From the IMG/VR virus record IMGVR_UViG_3300012663_000707, positions 6,897-70,896 of that record: 64,000 nucleotides of DNA. One strand, 5' to 3'. Below are positions 28,451 to 35,763 of this stretch, piece by piece. Both the position numbers and the translations under genes were made by a program. The stretch comes from a virus (taxonomy: Duplodnaviria > Heunggongvirae > Uroviricota > Caudoviricetes). Numbering within the stretch: the stretch's first letter is position 1; every line of letters starts with the position of its first letter. Below the pieces are notes generated by a model. The model did not search any database and was not told where the DNA came from. It saw only the letters and a list, made by a program, of their open reading frames with translations.

Positions 28451-29378
28451 AATCTATATTTTTAGATGGGTTTAATAGTCCTTTAATAAAAAATCTGTCT
28501 TGTGTAAATGTTGGAGTTTCAATAACTTTCCATTTGTTTCGCTTTACAATTTGATTTGGATCGATCATATGAGTTTTACCATCATTAACAAATTTTGTTG
28601 TAGTTGATCCAATCGTAACAACTTCTACTTTACCAATCACAGCACCTCTTTTCTTACGAAAATCATAATCATTCCAGTTGATTCCCTTTTGAAAAATCAT
28701 CTCTTGCATCTGATCTGTCTTTACACCATTTAATTCTTTTGGACTATAAAGACTTTGTGCAACTGAAGAGATACTGTTTCGTACAGCGTCTTGTTGTCTC
28801 CAAATAAAATAGTTTTCAACTTCATCAATGAATGGAATTTGAAAAGCTCTGGCATCAAATTGAGCCATTTTGAATTTTTGAATTTCATTCTCAGTTAATA
28901 AGTTTTCAACATAGTCTCCCATGATGTCATTACATGCTCTTATTAATCTTAAACGATTAAATTCAGAAGTTGCCATAGAGGCAGCAACACTTACCATTTT
29001 CTGTAAGTTATTGTCAAACCATGCATGAGTTCCTAATTCATCAAAGTCTGTTAGGACTAAACTAATCTCATCTGATTGTACGTAACCAAACTTGGCACCT
29101 TGGATATTTTTACATAGATATGCAGTAGTTGCATTCATGTCTTCAATAAGTCCTTGGTCAAATGGTCGTTCTAATCCTCGAGTGTAAGTGTGGAATGCTT
29201 TTCCGTCAATACGGATAATTGTGAATGTTCTCCTTGGGAGCTTGATTCTAGTTCTATCTTCGTAGAACTCTTTCATACGGTCGCCTAATGCGTCTTTCAT
29301 AATATATGTTATTGTGCAACCTTCGTTAGTTGGATGCTGGTTATGTTCTTTATACTTAGAACATTTGTTTTGTTTCAA
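28437..29378 (-). CDS. Thg1-like protein (tRNA-His guanylyltransferase / 3'-5' nucleotidyltransferase family)
   Basis: IIRIDGKAFHTYTRGLERPFD, GYVQSDEISLVL and the downstream block match Thg1 motifs VVRIDGKKFH..., ..GESDEYSF... Probable true start is the internal MKDALG at about 29300, which clears the adjacent tRNA-like gene. Confidence 0.75.
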   Translation of the reverse strand: MKQNKCSKYKEHNQHPTNEGCTITYIMKDALGDRMKEFYEDRTRIKLPRRTFTIIRIDGKAFHTYTRGLERPFDQGLIEDMNATTAYLCKNIQGAKFGYVQSDEISLVLTDFDELGTHAWFDNNLQKMVSVAASMATSEFNRLRLIRACNDIMGDYVENLLTENEIQKFKMAQFDARAFQIPFIDEVENYFIWRQQDAVRNSISSVAQSLYSPKELNGVKTDQMQEMIFQKGINWNDYDFRKKRGAVIGKVEVVTIGSTTTKFVNDGKTHMIDPNQIVKRNKWKVIETPTFTQDRFFIKGLLNPSKNIDYDKV

Positions 29379-29380
29379 AT

Positions 29381-29505
29381 TGTAGTCAGGACAGGATTCG
29401 AACCTGTGATAGTCTCCATCAGCACATTGATAAAGCAGAGACTCCGTAGCAGTTGGGGAACTTACTCAATGTTTCGGGGCGTGTTTCCATCTCGCCACCT
29501 GACTA
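29381..29505 (-). tRNA. tRNA-like gene, atypically long (about 125 nt)
   Basis: Minus strand has T-arm ACAGG-TTCGAAT-CCTGT, a 3' acceptor strand CCTGACT+A, and a perfectly complementary 5' end TAGTCAGG. The D-arm-like GGCG/CGCC is present. The body is too long for a canonical tRNA, suggesting an insertion or intron, or a tRNA-like stable RNA. Confidence 0.4.
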
Positions 29506-29661
29506 TATTGACTTTAAGAGCACGTTGTTCTTTGCATCTCTTTGATATTCTCCGCGGTTAGTCAAACCGGATATAAATTTGTTATATCAGCAGTCCCATG
29601 CAGGTAATCACCCTGCTTCTCATCATATTAGGCATACTATTCGGTGATGAACCGAACCGTG

Positions 29662-29741
29662 TCGTCAGGGCCGGACTCGAACCGGATAAGCAACCATTTA
29701 ACTGGATTCGGGGACCAATCCCTCATTACGCCCACCTGACT
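29662..29741 (-). tRNA. tRNA-like gene (80 nt) with GGTTCGAGTCC T-loop region
   Basis: Minus strand AGTCAGGTGGGCG...CCGGTTCGAGTCCGGCCCTGACGA. Six of seven acceptor pairs are Watson-Crick, and the 5' end is identical to that of the first tRNA-like gene. The anticodon arm could not be assigned by eye. Confidence 0.45.
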
Positions 29742-29870
29742 ATTTTAGCTGTTTATTCCGCTTCTTTTTTTTCAGTTACTTCAACTTCAATTTCCTTTAA
29801 AACATAAGTAGATCCTAAGATTACATCATGTTCAAGTACTACTACTTCAATTGTTTCTTTCTTGCTCATA

Positions 29871-30785
29871 TTAAAATACATTAAATTGTGTTACTAAATT
29901 AGGTTTTGTTATACTTGATCCTTTACTATTTGTAGTAGAAGCTTTATCTCCGGATACTTTAGATTCAATATCTTCATAAGAATTAGTGCAGAATATGCCA
30001 TCAAATAATTCATTAAGATCATGGAATCCACTACTAAAAATACCGTGAGTGACCACCAAATAAATTTTAGCAGTTGGGCGTCCTTCTTTAATCGCCTTTG
30101 CCAATTCAACGAATGTTCTACCTCCGTCGCAAATATCATCCACGATTACATATTTAATATCATCATGTTGATTTAATACTGGGATCTCAGTTCTAAGAAT
30201 ATTTCCGGTTCTCATATCCCTTACTTTATTTGCAGTAATGATATTGTTAATGCCGAATTTCTTAGCAACATCAAAGATCTTTTTGTAGGCTCCAGCATCT
30301 GGACTTACTAAGCAGATGCGTGATTGAGCATCGTTTTTGTTGTCTATAGCGGTAAGAGCATATTTGACTAATAGATGATTGTCCACTTTGTCATAGTTGT
30401 TTAGGCATGCCTCTAATACATCTGAGTGCGGATCTAGAGTTAAGACTGTACTTAAGTTTAATGAATTGATGATTGGGCAAATAACTTGCTTTAAGTAGTT
30501 AACTCCGCCATCAACAAATTTACGGTCTGAACGAGCTCCTAAGAAATAAGGAACATAAAGTGCAATCTCTTTGTTTGGTACGATGTTACGTATCGCTTGC
30601 ACTGCGCAGATAAGTAATTCTACGTCTCCGAATGAATTCAAACGAGTGCTTAATTTAACTGCATCGTCATTATTCATCAAAATACTCCAACTTGTAAGAT
30701 CTACAGTTTGTTGTCCGTCAGGAAACTTACTGATCTTATACTTGATTTGAGATTTTTCTTGATCGATTAAATTTAATGTTATCAT
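29871..30785 (-). CDS. prs: ribose-phosphate pyrophosphokinase family (Prs; possibly ADP-ribose pyrophosphokinase Adps-type)
   Basis: PRPP-binding loop YVIVDDICDGGRTF; 304 aa; a two-domain PRTase-like layout. Confidence 0.8.
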   Translation of the reverse strand: MITLNLIDQEKSQIKYKISKFPDGQQTVDLTSWSILMNNDDAVKLSTRLNSFGDVELLICAVQAIRNIVPNKEIALYVPYFLGARSDRKFVDGGVNYLKQVICPIINSLNLSTVLTLDPHSDVLEACLNNYDKVDNHLLVKYALTAIDNKNDAQSRICLVSPDAGAYKKIFDVAKKFGINNIITANKVRDMRTGNILRTEIPVLNQHDDIKYVIVDDICDGGRTFVELAKAIKEGRPTAKIYLVVTHGIFSSGFHDLNELFDGIFCTNSYEDIESKVSGDKASTTNSKGSSITKPNLVTQFNVF

Positions 30786-30800
30786 GTGTTTGTTTGTTTG

Positions 30801-30875
30801 TATAGTGTAAATATAATAAAAAAGATTGACAATTAAAAATTTATTTGCAATTATTTTGCAAAAGTTATTAACAAT
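30801..30875 (-). repeat. intergenic cassette copy E2 (hairpin degenerate)
   Basis: TTGTTAATAACTTTTGCAAAATAATTG ... TTTTTTATTATATTTACAC boxes conserved. Confidence 0.7.
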
Positions 30876-31473
30876 TTTCTAAGCTATCTGGGTAATACAA
30901 GAGAGTTGGATTCTTCTTCTGAATGTCAACCTCCGGGTATTGTTTCTTGAATGCCAAAACATCGAAGCGATCTGTAATCAAATGGAAACCATTTTTAGTA
31001 GGAATGACAAATTTAGTCTTTGGTCCTTCTGGCTTACATTTGTTAATAGTAACTTGAATGTTACGTAACTCTTGCATGTCTTTCGTATCAATATCGACGA
31101 TCCAAAGTTTCTCTTTAGTCTTAATTTGCCCAACAACAGAGTCGAATAAACCTTTTTGGTTATGGTTACCATCTTGGATCCTCTGTGCTAATTGAACCAT
31201 CATATTTAAACTGACATCAAAGTGGTTTTGTTTCTGTACATGGATGTAAGCTCTGGCTTTAAACATTTCACAAAGCTGCATGATCTCATCATATCTTCTT
31301 TCTAAGTGATCAATGCTTTCAATACAATAAGTACTGATTGTTCTTACCGATTGATGGTTGTCTCTTTCTCCTTCTGGTTGATCCTTCTTACGCTTAAAAA
31401 CATAAAGCATATAGAAGTCTCCTTTGTTTTCAAAGTTTAAGAGATGTTTGATTATTTCTAGATTGTTTATCAT
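30868..31473 (-). CDS. hypothetical protein (201 aa)
   Basis: ORF flanked by cassettes E2 and E3. Confidence 0.5.
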   Translation of the reverse strand: MINNLEIIKHLLNFENKGDFYMLYVFKRKKDQPEGERDNHQSVRTISTYCIESIDHLERRYDEIMQLCEMFKARAYIHVQKQNHFDVSLNMMVQLAQRIQDGNHNQKGLFDSVVGQIKTKEKLWIVDIDTKDMQELRNIQVTINKCKPEGPKTKFVIPTKNGFHLITDRFDVLAFKKQYPEVDIQKKNPTLLYYPDSLENC

Positions 31474-31485
31474 CTTGTTCGTTTG

Positions 31486-31565
31486 TTACAGTACAAATAT
31501 AATAAAAAAGCCTGAGACTAAAAAATCTCAGGCAAATTATTTTGTAAAAGTTATTAACAATTTTA
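31486..31565 (-). repeat. intergenic cassette copy E3 (hairpin carries compensatory substitutions)
   Basis: Hairpin GCCTGAGATTTTTTAGTCTCAGGC differs from E1/E4 GCCTGACAT...ATGTCAGGC by paired changes that preserve the stem. Confidence 0.8.
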
Positions 31566-32423
31566 TTTGATGCCAATCATTGCATTGGTTTTATCACCTA
31601 ACATTGTTTCTGGTAATTTACCATTCCATTTGTTAATCCACTCAAGTTGAAGCAACATTGGCGTAATGGTCTTCTGTTTTAGACTATTTGCCTCCGCTTC
31701 AGCTTTTGCACCGGTTAACATTGCCTGAGCATTACCATTTGCGGTTGCAATTTTGATCTTGGCTTGTGCCTCCGCTGTCTTAACTTCATTTTCAGCTCGT
31801 AATGCTGCTTGTACTGCATTGTTCTTAGCTTCAATTGATTTCTTAAACGTTTCAGGATAGACCAAGTTTGATGTGAATTGATTAATGACAAAGCCTTCGG
31901 TCAATAATTGCCCTTCCAATAGTCTACGTACTTCAATTTCAAATAGTGCACGATTAGAAATTAGATCATCTGCGGTATACTTGTTCGTAGCTAATCGGAA
32001 CGCATCATAAACTGCAGTCTTTAAGAAACCTTCTTCAATCTCTGGCAAACTTCTGCGGTATTTAGAGAAGATCTGTGGTACTTTCTCTCGTGCGATTGAG
32101 TAGTTAATGATCGGACTTACATGGAACTCAGATCCATCCTTTGAGTTAACTACGAATGATTCGTCTGCTACAACTACACCTTCTTCTACGACTTGCTTAT
32201 ACTCTTTGTGCTGCATAAAGATTGGAAACTCATAGATCTTTTGTGTAAACGGGTTAAAGAATGCCCAACCTGTAACTTCGGTAACATCTGAGACTCCTTT
32301 GCTAGATCCATACATGTTTACCTTTACTCCAACGTGACCTGCATCAATACGTTCACATGAGTTAATTCCTAGAGTTAATCCTGCAAGGATAATTACTCCT
32401 ACTAAAATTGCTTTGATTTTCAT
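31563..32423 (-). CDS. SPFH/band-7 (prohibitin/HflK-like) lipoprotein
   Basis: Signal peptide plus lipobox LGINSC; the downstream GHVGVKVNMYG... region and Ala/Glu-rich coiled-coil tail are typical of an SPFH domain. Confidence 0.55.
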   Translation of the reverse strand: MKIKAILVGVIILAGLTLGINSCERIDAGHVGVKVNMYGSSKGVSDVTEVTGWAFFNPFTQKIYEFPIFMQHKEYKQVVEEGVVVADESFVVNSKDGSEFHVSPIINYSIAREKVPQIFSKYRRSLPEIEEGFLKTAVYDAFRLATNKYTADDLISNRALFEIEVRRLLEGQLLTEGFVINQFTSNLVYPETFKKSIEAKNNAVQAALRAENEVKTAEAQAKIKIATANGNAQAMLTGAKAEAEANSLKQKTITPMLLQLEWINKWNGKLPETMLGDKTNAMIGIK

Positions 32424-32425
32424 TT

Positions 32426-32632
32426 TTATTTGTTTTTACGGTTTAAAATTTTAATACCTAAATCTGCTAATGTGTATCCGATGAATACTCCAATAGTTGC
32501 TACGATTGCAGTGCCTGACCAAAAGGAAACTGTACTCTTTTTATTCATTAACTCAAATCCAAAGGTTAAGAGTTCTACTGATGCGATACCAGCTAGGAAA
32601 TAAACTATCCCTGTAATTATGTTCTTTTTCAT
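32426..32632 (-). CDS. small membrane protein (68 aa, two TM)
   Basis: IITGIVYFLAGIASVELLTFGF and TAIVATIGVFIGYTLADL. Confidence 0.4.
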   Translation of the reverse strand: MKKNIITGIVYFLAGIASVELLTFGFELMNKKSTVSFWSGTAIVATIGVFIGYTLADLGIKILNRKNK

Positions 32633-32668
32633 GTATGTTGTATTGTATGTTACCGGTTTTGTTCCAAA

Positions 32669-32836
32669 TTAATCCTGATCGGTTGGATCTTCTTTGTGTC
32701 TTGTTTTACGAGAATAGACATTCATGTTACCATGATCCCGAGTAATCATCTTACGTCGAATAATAGCCGAGACATGTCGGTCCGATAATCCATTTAAGTT
32801 TGGATTTGGTTTATTCTTTTTATTTTTCTTTGCCAT
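32669..32836 (-). CDS. small highly basic protein (55 aa), not in the ORF track
   Basis: Manual translation MAKKNKKNKPNPNLNGLSDRHVSAIIRRKMITRDHGNMNVYSRKTRHKEDPTDQD. Starts about 10 nt downstream of cassette E4. Confidence 0.35.
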   Translation of the reverse strand: MAKKNKKNKPNPNLNGLSDRHVSAIIRRKMITRDHGNMNVYSRKTRHKEDPTDQD

Positions 32837-32846
32837 TGTGTTTTAG

Positions 32847-32923
32847 TTACAGTGTAAATATAATAAAAAAGCCTGACATAAAAAAATGTCAGGCCAATTA
32901 TTTTGAAAAAGTTATTAACAATC
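32847..32923 (-). repeat. intergenic cassette copy E4
   Basis: Near-identical to E1, including the GCCTGACAT-TTTTTTT-ATGTCAGGC hairpin. Confidence 0.8.
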
Positions 32924-33535
32924 TTATCTAAAGTCTGCGTTAACTTTAAACTTTCTATTCTTAATGATGTCGTTCATCTTGTTAGAAAGATATGCTAGGA
33001 TCTCCATCTGAGCATTCTTTGCTGCTTCATCAATTGAATCTTCAGCCATATCTTCTTTAAAGTCTTCCCAGTTGTTATCTGTATCATTGTACCATTGTTC
33101 GAAAGCATCTACAAGTTCGTCAGCAGGCTCCATTAAACTTGGTAGTTCAATAAATTCTTCATTGACTTTTTTTGTTGTTTGTGTTTTGCTATTTATAAAA
33201 GATTCGAAATTCATAGTCTTTTTTATTTTTTTCATTCTTTTTTTGTATTCTTCTTCAGCATCACCTTTACCTGCTGGTTTATCACCAGATCCAGGTTCTG
33301 TTTGTGTTGGAAATGCTGGTGCACCCATACCATGCATACTTGCTGGTGTTATATTCTCTTTTACCTCAGGTAAATTATCATGCTTTGTGCTAGCAAAGTC
33401 TTTTAATTGCTGTAAAGTCATTGAGTCGGCTAAGTCTTTAACCTCTTGGCTTGCCTCTTTAGGATCTAGATCACCTTTCTTATAGGCATAAGCCATACCC
33501 ATTAATCTTTGTTGTACTTTACTAGTTGCTGGCAT
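32924..33535 (-). CDS. hypothetical protein with conserved MPATSKVQQRLMGMAYAYKKG N-terminus and an internal CTS-like MNFESFINS
   Basis: 203 aa. The N-terminal 20 residues look like a conserved phage-family signature; the second half begins with the F-E-S-F-I-N motif. Confidence 0.5.
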   Translation of the reverse strand: MPATSKVQQRLMGMAYAYKKGDLDPKEASQEVKDLADSMTLQQLKDFASTKHDNLPEVKENITPASMHGMGAPAFPTQTEPGSGDKPAGKGDAEEEYKKRMKKIKKTMNFESFINSKTQTTKKVNEEFIELPSLMEPADELVDAFEQWYNDTDNNWEDFKEDMAEDSIDEAAKNAQMEILAYLSNKMNDIIKNRKFKVNADFR

Positions 33536-33543
33536 GTCTTAAA

Positions 33544-34080
33544 TTATTTTATATCGATTTGCATGTATTCAACATCTCTGATTTCAACATTGTTATATCC
33601 TACTTGAGAATCAAAAGTACCGTAGATGTCTTCACCCATTTGAATTCCAGTATTCATCATACCACCTAATTTTCTTGAGAATTTAGAACCATCAACATCA
33701 TCCATGAAACCAACGTTAATTACAAAGTCACCTGGTATTGCAATAAACAATGCATCGCTTCCTCTGTTTAGATTGTTAATCTCATCAGCTTTCCATTTTT
33801 TATGGAGGCCGCTAACATGCACATATACTACTTGATCCATGTCTTTAACTACCTTTTTAACTTCATCCAAGATAATTTTTACACCATCTTTATGGAAATC
33901 TTCCCAAGCAGCGTTAACTTCATCAAGCGTAGCGTTAACGTTTTCTTCGAATTTAACTCTCTCGATTTGTTTTTTAAAGGCCTGCATTAATTTACCAATA
34001 AGTCCTTTAGATGTATAAATGCCTGTCATTCGGTATACTTTCTCGTTGACAAACTGTTCAAATAATTGTACGTGTTTCAT
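33544..34080 (-). CDS. hypothetical protein with CTS-like N-terminus (MKHVQLFEQFVNEK)
   Basis: 178 aa; shares the N-terminal motif. Confidence 0.5.
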   Translation of the reverse strand: MKHVQLFEQFVNEKVYRMTGIYTSKGLIGKLMQAFKKQIERVKFEENVNATLDEVNAAWEDFHKDGVKIILDEVKKVVKDMDQVVYVHVSGLHKKWKADEINNLNRGSDALFIAIPGDFVINVGFMDDVDGSKFSRKLGGMMNTGIQMGEDIYGTFDSQVGYNNVEIRDVEYMQIDIK

Positions 34081-34099
34081 TTTAATATCTTATTTTAAA

Positions 34100-35746
34100 T
34101 TACCAAGCGTAATCCATGTTTTCAATTTTTCTAACTCTATCTTGTATAGTTTTAGCATAGTTTGCAGCTTCGCGTTTGTAATATTGATCGCTAGTACCAT
34201 ATCTCTTTTCTGATTCAATTGAACTTGAAAGTGCACTAACATATCTAGAATAATCGTCTAGTAAGTTTCTCATAATGTTTGCAGCATCTGATAATTTAAC
34301 ATCACGATCTTTCTTATCTTTACCGATTAAGATTTCACCGTATTGTGATTTTACATTTTTAGCGACTGCATCTTTAATATGTGATGATAATGTATCAATA
34401 CAATCCAATACAATTTTATCCAAAGGCAATTCCATTGCTTTTTGAGATAAGATCTTGTTGTATCTTGCGATGTTTGCATCTTTAAACTCTTTATCATTCA
34501 TGAATACAGTAGCACCTTTTTTCGCTTCTGCTCTTGATCCTCTAACAGATTCAGCTGAGTATCTTTGTTTAAGAATATCGATGTCTAAGATGATTGCTCT
34601 ATCTGCAACTTCTGAGATTCTCTTTGCATTATAAAGTCCAGTTGCATCATAACCTCTGTAAACTTTACCAATACCGATACTGTCATTACCTGGCTTACCG
34701 TCAATCTTTTTGAATGTACGAGAATTTAAACCACGAACATATGCAGTTCCGTAGAATGTATTTTCAGCATCAGTTACAGCTAATAAATAACCACCACCTG
34801 GTACCATCTTGTTAGTTCTATAAGAATCTGAAGGTGCATATGGATTTTCCTTTTCTACATCCGAGATATAGAATACAAATTTGCTTCCACCTTTAGCTTT
34901 GTAAGCTGCATCTGGAGAAACCTCAATTAGATCGAAATCTTCAATTTGGTCTAATTGCAATCTAGTCGAGTTATAAAAAGCCTTTGATAATTCTTTTGCT
35001 TGATTACCTGCAGTTGCAAATAGGTTTGAAAGTCTTGTAGATTTAAAAGCCTCATTTACTGGTTTAGTTGCAGAGATAAACTCACTGAATGACTCATATA
35101 AGAAAGTATTCTTAGATTCAAAAGTACCGCTAGTTGCTAAATCACATAAGATCTCAGCAATCTTTTTAGCTTGAGTACCTTTATGTCCATAAGATTCTAC
35201 TGTATCTTGCGCTTCTTCTGGCAACATATCTTTTAATTCCCATGGATCGTGTTCTGCCAATAGATCTTGCAAGATTGCTTTAGCTTCTTTTTCTTCTTTA
35301 GACTCGTTCATTTTTTCTTCTTCTTTAATTATTGTTTTATCTTTTACTGTAACTGGAAAAGTTTTACCATTGAATTCAAATTCTGTTAAACCTTCTTGTT
35401 TTGCTTTTTTTGCAGCTCCAGTAAATTTATTACCTTCATGAACAATAATAGAATCTAGGATTTTCTTACCGAATGATGAAAGTGAAATACCGCCATCTTC
35501 TGAGACAGTAAAATATTTCTTATTTGTAGTAAACCATCTCTTTGCATTTGTAGAATGCTCAGAAACAATTTTCATTAATTCTTCTTGATTTAATGTACCA
35601 TCAGCAATTGCCTCTAATACTTTATTTCTGATCTTAGCATGTAGACCTGCAGTCATTGCTGGATGTTGATCAGTATATTGTCTCTTAAGAGTAACTGTTT
35701 TGGTTTCATTAATAAAACCGTCAAATGAAGTTGAAATAGTTTCCAT
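34100..35746 (-). CDS. hypothetical protein (548 aa) with CTS-like N-terminus (METISTSFDGFINETK)
   Basis: Long ORF preceded by TATAAATA 10 nt upstream of the ATG. Confidence 0.55.
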   Translation of the reverse strand: METISTSFDGFINETKTVTLKRQYTDQHPAMTAGLHAKIRNKVLEAIADGTLNQEELMKIVSEHSTNAKRWFTTNKKYFTVSEDGGISLSSFGKKILDSIIVHEGNKFTGAAKKAKQEGLTEFEFNGKTFPVTVKDKTIIKEEEKMNESKEEKEAKAILQDLLAEHDPWELKDMLPEEAQDTVESYGHKGTQAKKIAEILCDLATSGTFESKNTFLYESFSEFISATKPVNEAFKSTRLSNLFATAGNQAKELSKAFYNSTRLQLDQIEDFDLIEVSPDAAYKAKGGSKFVFYISDVEKENPYAPSDSYRTNKMVPGGGYLLAVTDAENTFYGTAYVRGLNSRTFKKIDGKPGNDSIGIGKVYRGYDATGLYNAKRISEVADRAIILDIDILKQRYSAESVRGSRAEAKKGATVFMNDKEFKDANIARYNKILSQKAMELPLDKIVLDCIDTLSSHIKDAVAKNVKSQYGEILIGKDKKDRDVKLSDAANIMRNLLDDYSRYVSALSSSIESEKRYGTSDQYYKREAANYAKTIQDRVRKIENMDYAW

Positions 35747-35755
35747 TTTACTTTT

Positions 35756-35763
35756 TATTTATA
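35756..35763 (-). promoter_or_regulatory. TATAAATA late-promoter-like motif upstream of 34100..35746
   Basis: Plus tatttata at 35756-35763; minus strand reads TATATAAATAAAAAGTAAAATG. Confidence 0.3.

Noticed and set aside
29334-29807. Plus-strand ORFs 29334..29561 and 29598..29807 in the otherwise ORF-free gap
   Set aside because: They overlap the two tRNA-like genes on the opposite strand, and their translations are read-through of structured RNA sequence; not credible CDS.
25139-32923. Possible CRISPR array suggested by repeated near-identical 75-bp elements
   Set aside because: Copies are separated by 0.7-5 kb of protein-coding sequence rather than short uniform spacers, are not direct tandem repeats, and contain terminator hairpins. 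They are interpreted as PeSL-like regulatory cassettes.
33072-33485. Plus-strand ORFs in the six-frame track (for example 33072..33485, 1966..2262, 37678..38046, 39429..39779, 21156..21431, 25286..25567)
   Set aside because: All lie antisense inside minus-strand genes with strong motif support, have low-complexity Ser/Leu/Phe-rich translations typical of AT-rich antisense frames, and no plus-strand signals were seen. They are treated as spurious.
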